20,000 nucleotides of DNA from Gonapodya sp. JEL0774 (taxonomy: Eukaryota): assembly GCA_027604505.1 (NCBI GenBank), contig JADIIX010000123.1, positions 47,083 to 67,082 of the forward strand. The letters are read 5' to 3'. Shown here one piece after another: positions 1-9,339 of this stretch (position 1 is the first letter of the stretch; each line of letters starts with the position of its first letter). The position numbers were made by a program, and so were the translations under genes. The notes below the pieces were generated by a model. It was not told where the DNA came from. It saw nothing but the letters and a program-made list of their open reading frames with translations, and did no database searches.

Positions 1-3000
1 TTCGTGAAAACGTCAATAAATATAGACCCAGTTGTGGATTCCAAAACGGTGTAACCCTTTCAAGCGGAACCTGCATTGAGAGGATATTCCTCATTGGGCC
101 GTCACTGCTACTCACATGACTAGGGACTCTGAAGTTCGGAGGGAACTTCGCAGGAGCGAACGTTTTTCCATCAACGCTGACATAAAGATTCAGGAACTTC
201 TGGTCCCCAATGCTCTTTTCAAGATGGGCGATAGAAATTCACGGGTGCGGGGAAATTCGATAAAAAATTTTAAGTCTTACCTCCACTTCAGCGACGACCA
301 TGAACTCCGCGAAGAGTGCATAACCCAGAACGTTATTGGCAACGACCGTTGCTGGAGTATCCTCGCCGTGAGAGAAAAAGTCTTCCGAACGGACGATGTG
401 CATGTTAGTCCTCGGCAGAAGTTTTTGATTGCCCTCCTTGACTTTGAAAGTGTGGCAAAACACCAACGTCTCAGGTGCGTCAGAGAATTTAGCTTCGCTT
501 CCCCAGACGCATGTGTCCACATAGTTAGTGAGAGATTTCCAAGTTAGGCCTGCGTTTTGAGTGTAGAATGCCTGCAGCGAGGAGGATCACTCTCAGGAAT
601 TAAATCCTGCAAGATTCTGACCTCTTTAACTCACATTCGCCTCGCAGCGATCATTCGGTGCACCAGCGGCGCATTCTGGTGAGCTACCAACAAAAATCCA
701 CCAGCCAGGGTGCGATGAATGAAACTGAAGAACTCGTTGGTTGAGGGTGTTGGGGTCAAAGGGTACCACGAAAGACTTGAATGTCTTCCCTTTATCCTCG
801 GTATACCAAATCGTTTTGGACTGTCCTAGGAAGAAGGCCTGCGAATATAAAATCATCTTGGTGACTGGAAAGCGCAGAACAGAAAGTGATGGGGCTGCCC
901 ACTTGACTCTTCAGATGCGCGTTCGCGATTATTGTGTCACACTTCAAGTTTTCGAGTCCCAAGGGAATACTCCAAGAAGACCCTTCGTCGTAGCTGATCC
1001 TAAGAACCCCTTCAATGTCTCGGATCATAAGGGTCTACATGAAATATGAGATCGAATCACTGACTCCATAGTGTTCCATGATGCCTTACCCTAGAGTCTT
1101 CAAAATACAGCCAGTCAGCTACTGCAGTGGGGAAGATTGTCTGCGAGAAGAGCTTATTTGCACATATTGACTTGAAACCACGACGACCGAACATTCCGTA
1201 CCGTCTTCTTCAGAATACCAGCAGCGGGAGCTCCCACTTGATTGTCTAACCATGCAATAATCAAGAGATTACGAATGCATCAGAGACTAGGCACCCGACG
1301 AGGAAACAGTACCTTCACCGCAGATCTTTTCCACTTGCTTTTCCAAATCCATTCCTCCTTCGCAGGTACTTATTGCGATCTTCCGATAACTATTGGAAGC
1401 AAATTGAAATAATTAAGATGATGAACGAAACACGACGGTGGTTCATTACATACCCGGAGCGACCCATATACTTGCTGCCTTTGGCACAATCCGCGGGTGC
1501 AAGTGGATCAGGACCAGCGAGCACACAATCATGCGTGGTTTCGTCCCGCCAGTAGTTATGATCACTAATGGACGGTGCATTAACATCCGAAAAGCGAAGT
1601 GTGATACGTTACGATGTGCATTTACCACTCAAAATCTCGCACAGTGCATGGGCAGTTGCGCAACCGTTCGTGAGAACCGGTGTACAGCTCTCCGACATAG
1701 CACTGAGCGTCACTCTTTCGTCGATAAAAAATTTCCTGTGTGCCAAGGAGTCGATTACAAAGTCGCGCTAGCATGATACCGACGTAACTTGCCTCATGTC
1801 CCAGGAAACATTTTGTACCTCCGCCATCAAACGATGGTGACCACTTTTCAAAATCACCTTGTGCTGGATCCTCATTGAAGTTGCCTAATTGGAGATTTGT
1901 GTCGCATGCATGTATGCAAAAGCTTTGTCGATTTGCACACACTCACATTTTCTTCCAAGCAACTGAGAAAAGTCCAATCGTGTGATGACATTACTCTGCT
2001 GCGACGCTGATACCACCGTGAATCGCATACTTGTAGATTTTGGTTCGGTTATAAGTAACCGCACTCGCATGGGGGTATCAGAAAACTTATACTCGGACCA
2101 CGTGGCACCATAATCCGTGGAGTAGAGAACCGTGTCAGTAGCAACACCTTCTGCAACAATGACGAGCAGCCCTCCGTGATCACCGAACTTCCACAGGTGT
2201 TGTCCTGCTCGGAATTCGGTCCACGAAGCTCCACCATCGCGGGAAATGAACATGCTGGCCTTATTGTACACGTCCAGATGGTCTCCGACATTCCCAACTC
2301 CCATAATTATGCCAGGCGCGGACCCTGCTGAGAATATGGTTCCACCATGAGCTGCACTAAGCGTTGAGACGGAATGAAAGTTAAGGCGACAAGTCTGAAG
2401 ACGCGGATTTTCGAAACTGATTAAGAAAAAGCAGAACCAATACTACAAGCACTTCAAACACATACCGATTGGCAGGCGAAGGGTTTTCCATCGACTCCTA
2501 CTTTGGGAGCGGGTAGGAGCTCCCAAGAAGCTCCTATTTTATCCACAACAAGCATTCAGTACATTCCAATACCAATAATAAAACAATATGCATCTCACCG
2601 TTGTCAAATGAAATTTTGGAGACTACTTGCTTCGATTCACCCGCAGTCGCGGCAGTTGGATTTGCCACCACGTTGGCAATGATTATACCATCCAAGCCCT
2701 TTATGACCTCAAAGTCCACAATGCCATTAAGATTTTTGTTCGTGAATTGAAGGGATTTTGTAAAGTATGCCCCATCAGAGTCTGAGGAGAAGAGCATTCC
2801 ATAGGTGCCTGTAGTCGCGAATGAACTGGTAACATCGAGGAAGAGATTTCCTGGGTGAGATTCGAGGAGAGTGAAGGCGTTCTTGTCAATTGTTTGAGAT
2901 GGCGGGAACTGAGCCTCTTTGAAGTTGCGGCCATCTTTGGAGACATGGATTTGGAGCTGATCATTCGACTCCTTGAATATGTCAGAAGCGTCAGTCAGGA

Positions 3001-6000
3001 GACTTGGTAGAATGTCGAGGCTCTCGATATTTAAAGAACGTACCACAGCAACAACGAGGAATCCACTGATGACGAAAAACTCCACGACATTCTGCATCAA
3101 CACGGTTCGTGTGCTGCCATCGTTGCCTTCAAGCAATACCAGTTGAAGAGTTTGATCACCCAATCCAGCTTCCCGGCCGTCCTGTCCAAATCCGTCTCCG
3201 TTTTTGTTGGTGTACGAAGTGCAATACACAGCATCCTTTCCGACAGCAGGGGCAGTGAAGTTTAAGTCCCTGCTCCAGAGACACTTTCGGACCCACGTAT
3301 CGATAGGGCCGTGCCAGTGAGCCCCATGATCTTTCGTTATGAAAACTTCCGTGTAACAATCCGGGGTTCCGGGACATTTTCCGTCCTTCATTCCCACCCA
3401 AACCAACCAATCTTTCTCTTCAGGGTGAAAGTCGACCACTGGAGCACCCAGACGATTCCACACAACACCATCCGGTGTTGAGATTTTCTGAAGTGACTCT
3501 TTTTTGTTGACATTTGTAGCGTATCCTTGGAGACGATCAGGACTGTAGTAACTGAAGCCATCTTCGCCGAAAACGTAGACTCTTTTGCTGTCGGCGTCCG
3601 ATACGCCAAACGCGTGAATTGGACCCAATTCGCTCAGGACCTTCAGCCAGGTGCCGCCTTCGTCGCCACTCCACCATATCGTTTGCGCAGCGGTCCGGAT
3701 GAACAAAACAGGACTATCCGGGAAGTAAACGAGCGACTCAACTTCCTGTCCATTAGGTAGGATCGTGCTTTGATGTGACACTCCCTTCGCTGGTGGCGGA
3801 GAAGTGGTCACGGGACAATCACGCTCCACTGGGTCGTCCAGCTGCTTTCCTCCGACACACACGTCCCCTGGCTTCTTCACGTAGCCGCTCTTCCCACTGT
3901 ACTTTGTTCCTGGGCTGCAAGTCGCGGGCACATCGGGATCCACTCCATTGGGCCAATTGGCAGAACAAGACAGAGTTTGAGCTGGGTCATCTGATCCTCG
4001 CATGTAGTGTATATCACAATCGAAGTCCACTTCTGCACAGTCGCACTTCTTGGTCCACGTCGGAATATCCTTGAGGAACTCGCCAACTATACAATCACGA
4101 TCGGCTTTTCGTCTATACCACCCTATTTCCTCCCCAAGGATGCAATCACTTCCTCCCACGTAGTCCCTGGGCTTCCAAAGCTCAAAGTCAGAGCTCGTGT
4201 CGTCGCTCCTCACGCACTTCTTTGGGAAGACACCCGAAAAATCGAGCGACATGGCGTACCAGCTCATGTCTGGATACTTAACAACGGCCAAAAACTTGGC
4301 TGACGTCGAGTCTGATGTCGTGAGAATCGATTCCAGCTCAAAAACACCCTTGTCCTTTGGCAACTTGTCAAGAGAATGAGTGATCCACGTCTTGCCATAG
4401 TTTTTAGACCACCTGATTTCCCCTGACTGACCTAAAACTACGATTCCTCCTTGGTCGCCCACCCCAGACTCAGTATCTCCCTTCATTACTGGGAACCAGT
4501 CCGCTCCGCCATTGATCGACATGAATGTATCCGACTGGGATTTAGGAAGCAGAAACTCACCCACACTGCCGACGCCAAAGAGCACTCCCGGTGCGGAGCT
4601 CGAAAAGCTCGATTCACCTTCGGTAAGCCCGTGCAAGTGGAGGCTACACTTGACCCCTACTGGACATGTGTACGGATTGCCGTCCAAATCCTTCTCCGGA
4701 GCCTTAATGGGACCCCACGTCCGTCCATCGTCCCAGCTTACCGCGGTCGTGAGGCGCTTGCCGATTGCCGGATTCGTGTCGACCTCTTGCCAGTTAAGGA
4801 CGACATTGGCAGCAACCACACCTTCGTACACGCCTTCGCCTTTGCCAACGTCCCACCGCTCAAAGTCCACACTGCCGGAGAGGTCGTGGTTCGTATGTGG
4901 GAGGGTGGGGAGAAACCGGGTCCCCGTGGAATCTGACACATAAAGAGTACCATACAAGGTACTCGAGCCTCCGTTGCCCCGGCCCTTCGTCTGGTCTAGG
5001 TCTACGAACAGGGCATGAACAGCTGACGGGACAATCGTATACGACTGAACCGTGGAGAGTGTAATGCATGAAGATACATTCGCAGATGTGTTGCTCGTAT
5101 CGTAACTCACATGCTCTGTAAACCCTGCTCTCGCGGGAAACTGCGCTCTCCCAAACTTCTTTCCGTCCGTGGAAACGTAAAGCTCCACACCGGTTTCGTC
5201 TTGCGGATTCTGATTGGTGTGTATGGAAAGTGGATGAAATCTGCTAAACCACGGGAAGCACAAATGTTGCGAACTTACCACCGCGACTACCACAAACTTG
5301 TTGACAACCGCCAATCCCACCACAAAGCCCTCTCTTTGAGTCAGTCCTTCTCCCAGAACCACATTTGTCTTACTACCTCCGTCTGTGCTGGAATACATGA
5401 CCAACTTGGAATCCTTGAGCTTGGAAAGAGCTCCCCCTTCTCCTGGAGGAGTCACAACGCAGTACACGGCCTGCTCCGGTGCTTGATCGAAATACTTATT
5501 CCCACGAGCCCAGACACACCCGGAAGTGTACCGTTCCAGCAAAGTGAAACCCGGCACAGGATACGCTGTGCTGGCGTACGTGTCGTCGTAGCAGGACCGA
5601 ACACCCCCGAAGCCCTTATCGCTGCACCGACGGACGTGTGCGAGAAGATAAAGTCGCTCGAGGGAGTGGAAGCCGAGCACGTTTTCTCCTGTGTCCAGAT
5701 CGAGTTCGCCAGGGGTTGCGAAATGGGACCACGTCGTTCCGTGATCGGTTGTGAAGTAGTGGGTGGTTCCAGATGTGAGGAGGAAAGCCTATGCAATGAT
5801 GTAAGAAAAGCACGCTCGATTATTTTAACACCAATAAGTAACCAAATGAAGCAGAGGACCACGACCCGTGTTTGAGCCAGCTCTGCGCCTTCAACATACC
5901 GTGTCGGGGAAGTGCGGATGCCGCAAAACGGCGTGAACCTGACCCTCAGGTACATCGGCTCGGGACCAAGTTTTACCCTGATCTGCAGACCGATAAATGG

Positions 6001-6720
6001 TGCGTTTGGTGGCTGTGAGGACGAGAATGACCTGAAGACGGCAAAAGATAGATTCAGCATAAGGGGGAGCAAAGCTCAGATTCTCATGACGATGGCCAGT
6101 CGTGAAGTAATCGCAGAATTGACATCTGCCCAGAACCAATCGCTCAGAGTATGTCTCGCAGATCTCTCTACAAACGGCGTCCCAGGTGGCGAGGCGCAAT
6201 TCGGGCACATTCCACAGGTTTCGACCTGCTCACAGGAGTGAATGGCCAAGGTACTCACTTCACTCTCCTTGAGATACACGATCTTCCGAGGAGGGTCGTC
6301 GAAGGCGAACAATGAGTCTGCTACTTGGGCATCCTGGGGGTCCCTCCTGACAACTCTCCGTTCAAAGTGCTCCGATTGTTCAGCTCCTGAGGGTATATCT
6401 CGATGGAAAAGGTCGGCGGCGCCGTCGGAAATGTCTCTCACGCCGTGGTTGGTTGAGGAAACTCGAAAGAACGCGTTGGACGTTGATCCCTCCGGAATGT
6501 GCTCTCTTTTCACAAAGCTTTTTCGCGTTTCATCGGCAGGTGAGCGATACGTGAGCCTCGATGTGACAATGGTTCCGAAATGAGGGTCCGTTCGAGGTGC
6601 GAGGCGGAGAGCTGGGTGAGAATCATGTGATGCCGACGCAAGGAGGAAGGACTGAAGGGCAAGAACAGCAGACAAGGCGAGCAAAACAGGTGATGCGAAT
6701 CGTAAAAAAGACCGTGGCAT
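1..6720 (-). CDS. VPS10: Vps10/sortilin-family vacuolar sorting receptor, 3' partial (continues past base 1), at least 3 Vps10 domains
   Basis: ATG at 6720, then a signal peptide (MPRSFLRFASPVLLALSAVLALQSFLLASA). Many Asp-box/BNR motifs (SxDxGxTW). Two complete Cys-rich 10CC modules: CILGEEIGWYRRKADRDC..CDCAEVDFDCD..GYVKKPGDVCVGG and CFLGHEEIFYRRKSDAQC..CPCTVRDFECD..GYRKIAISTCEGG. Phase-consistent exons: 6259-6720, 5900-6031, 5279-5788, 5111-5209, 3044-5044, 2599-2971, 2466-2533, 1947-2394, 1793-1884, 1626-1735, 1454-1564, 1313-1389, 1202-1245, 1090-1140, 903-1034, 635-838, 281-571, 116-214, 1-56. About 1786 aa lie in the window; the TM helix and tail are not reached. Confidence 0.95.
1736..1792 (-). 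other. Non-canonical GC-AG intron (57 nt) in VPS10
   Basis: GAG|gcaagt...ggcacacag|GAA. Removing it gives CFLGHE-EIFYRRK, colinear with CILGEE-IGWYRRK in domain 1. Confidence 0.8.
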
Positions 6721-7995
6721 GTCTTTGGGAATAAACTCGACGAGGTATGTATAATGAATGTGGTTGACCACTTTGAAACTGGAGGAACTGGTTAAAGTCA
6801 GGAAACAAAAAAACTCCTCGGAGTGATTTAGTAATCCCGTCTCTCCTGGTGCTGACGTTTCGCGAGCGACCAGTTAGCTCTCGTCCAGTGATCGGTTGTC
6901 ATCGGCAAAACGAATGCTCGGTGGACAGTGGGGTGTTCCTTCAAGAGCTCCATCTTTACCATAGCAAAACACATGTCCAGAGTGGATGTCATCGCCTCTT
7001 TGGCCTAATCCCCCCAATTCAATACCTCATCCTTCGATGTTCGATATATTTACCTTCACGGTTGGCAATGAAACCACCGCCCGAATTCCGGCGTCAAGTA
7101 CAGCGTCCCCAAGTTAATCCTGGCTTGATGCGTCCTGTTGTTTCTATCGCTGTCGTTATTCAACTTGACGTCGATTCAAGTTGCGAAATGGAGTCAAGTT
7201 TTATGGAAAGCCGACATCGCAACCCCGTGGACCACATCCAAACGAAGGCCCCAGCACTCAGTTTGGTGGGACCCAAATCTTTCTTCATATTAATGAAATG
7301 CGTGGTTACTTGGTGGAAAATCGCAAATTTTGTTAAAGGTTTCGGAATTTTGTGGGCAGCTCGTGATAAACTTTTGTCGATTTTCATTGTCAAATCACTT
7401 AGCTACTTCATCTTTACAGAAGACTCTGCAGGTTCTTGTTGGAGAACATTGGTGATTGTGGGTAACGAAAGATTACTTTCCAGCACAGCTCGAGGCGGGG
7501 ACCGGCACATTTAGTCAGAAAAAAATCCACACATGACCTCCGCGTCCAGACGGGACGTAGCCGCGGTGGCTGAAGCCCCGCTTGACGATGTTAGTCTCTT
7601 GTTTTCTCTGAATCTTGTGGAGCTTCGGGAATCCGGATGGTTGTTCAGCCAGTTGGGAATCGGACATTCGCACAGTTCTCAACTGTCGAGGCAGAGCCTA
7701 CTTACCAGTTGCTCGTACTGGGCCTTGAAATAAAAGGATTGAGTGAGCCGTATTGTCGAAAGTGGAATCTGAAAGCTTGGATGGTCACGTCATGGATCAC
7801 TCGGTCAGAAGTCAATGGGTGGGGGATGTGTCCGCAGGTCCCAAACACGGAGAAGCGCAAGGAAGGGACTCGCCTTTGTTGTTGGTGTTTTTGTGGGGGG
7901 ATAGTCACCGAATGCCGGGTCGATAGCCCGTGTGGTTCCAGAACAATCACGCCGGCACCCTCTGCTTCACCTTGCTTCACCTACTTCTGGAACTA

Positions 7996-9123
7996 ATGGT
8001 GACTCCAAAATTCGGATTCAAACAGGTCCGCATCACCTCAGTCGAAATAGACGCCCTCGTTGCCCTCCAAATCACGAAACACTGCCGAGAGTCCCTCCCT
8101 GCCACTGTCACTGGACAAATCCTTGGGGTTGATGTCGGCCCCGTTCTCCATATTACCTATTCCTTCCCCTTCACCGCCACCTCTACCTCAGACGAGAGTG
8201 GTCCTGATAGTGGCGAGGTTGACTACGATGACTTGGACGGTACCCAGTACCAGGTCAACATGCTCAAACGCCTGCGGCAGATGAATTACGACGTGCACAA
8301 TGTCGGATGGTACCGCACCGCCGACCTCAACCTTTTCGAGCAAACCTTCATCGACAACCAGGTCCAGTACCAACGCGCCTTCGCCAACTCCGTCGTCATC
8401 GCCTACGACCCCCTCAAATCCCAACAAGGTGCTCTCGGCCTCTGCGCATACCGCCTCACTCCAACGTTCCTTACAATGTACCGCGAAGGTCGATTCACGG
8501 CAGAGGCGATCGCCGCGTCGGGCCTGACCTTTTCCAAGGTCCTGGAATCCATCCCCGTCCGCGTGCGGACAGGGAAGCTGGCTGGCGCGCTTATGGCTCG
8601 TCTGGAAGAGGCTGCCGCCAACCCATCTAGTGTCGCTCGGTCTGTTTCTGCGCCTAACCCTACTTTCAACCCCAACCGCATTCCTCCAACTGCGCCTCTC
8701 AGTCCTAATCTCGATGTACTCGAGCTTTCTTTCGAAAACTATCTGGAGCAGCGATTAGATTCTATGCTTCAGGAAGCGGAGAATCAGTACCAGGACCAGC
8801 AACGATGGGGCTGGTGGAGCCGCAACTACAACCGTGAACTAACTCGTGCAAATCAAACAGTACAGAAGCGGCGGCAGGAAAATGCGAGCAGGGCTGCCAA
8901 CAACCTGGCACCCCTGTGGTCGGAGGAGGACATGCAACCCAACAGCACCGCCCTACAAAGGATCGCTGCAAATGAGCCCAGCAGGCTCGAAAGCTTGCTG
9001 ATCGCAAAGAGATTGGACGCTTACTCGAGACAGGTGAATCAGTTTGCGGGACCAGGTCTCGCTAAGATGTATGTTACGAAGGCTATCCAGGACTTGGCAC
9101 TGGCCGGAGGAGCGGACGTGTGA
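7996..9123 (+). CDS. EIF3H: Eukaryotic translation initiation factor 3 subunit H (MPN domain), 375 aa, intronless
   Basis: Motifs match eIF3h: VEIDALVALQITKH, GQILG..LHITYSFPF, YQVNMLKRLRQMNYDVHNVGWY, YQ..FANSVVIAYDPLKSQQGALGLCAYRLTP, QKRRQENASR, EPSRLESLLI. First in-frame ATG at 7996; TGA at 9121-9123. Confidence 0.93.
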   Translation: MVTPKFGFKQVRITSVEIDALVALQITKHCRESLPATVTGQILGVDVGPVLHITYSFPFTATSTSDESGPDSGEVDYDDLDGTQYQVNMLKRLRQMNYDVHNVGWYRTADLNLFEQTFIDNQVQYQRAFANSVVIAYDPLKSQQGALGLCAYRLTPTFLTMYREGRFTAEAIAASGLTFSKVLESIPVRVRTGKLAGALMARLEEAAANPSSVARSVSAPNPTFNPNRIPPTAPLSPNLDVLELSFENYLEQRLDSMLQEAENQYQDQQRWGWWSRNYNRELTRANQTVQKRRQENASRAANNLAPLWSEEDMQPNSTALQRIAANEPSRLESLLIAKRLDAYSRQVNQFAGPGLAKMYVTKAIQDLALAGGADV

Positions 9124-9331
9124 ATGGAAATTGAGGGGAGGGAGAATGAGCGTCCGTGGTAATGTTTAAGGACGTATCAGATAGCCTGAGAACGCTCCTG
9201 CCCTTCTAGTTGTAGTGTGTTGTGTTTGTGAATCTCAATTGCCTCACACTTCACAAATGAATGACTTCCCACTTCTAACTACTGCTTGGAAACAACGAAG
9301 GAAGAAACTTAAAGGCGCGATGAATCTCGTG

Positions 9332-9337
9332 TTTATT
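9332..9337 (-). terminator. Candidate AATAAA polyadenylation signal of the Ca2+-ATPase gene
   Basis: Minus strand reads TGAcgAATAAA directly after the predicted stop at 9340-9342. Confidence 0.35.
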
Positions 9338-9339
9338 CG

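Noticed and set aside
5111..5875. 254-aa plus-strand ORF, plus other antisense or alternate-frame ORFs over VPS10 (116-547, 4451-4943, 5452-6072)
   Set aside because: Shadows of a well-supported coding region, with no recognisable motifs.
7161..7183. 8-bp inverted repeat caacttga...tcaagttg
   Set aside because: Short enough to arise by chance; no TSD or element context.
6849..7514. 221-aa plus-strand ORF in the VPS10/eIF3h divergent intergenic region
   Set aside because: Non-ATG start, no recognisable domain or coding-like composition, and no convincing splice model. A degenerate gene or TE relic cannot be fully excluded.
7930..7995. 22-aa hydrophobic N-terminal extension of the eIF3h ORF
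   Set aside because: It depends on a GTG start called by the ORF finder. Homology begins after the ATG at 7996.
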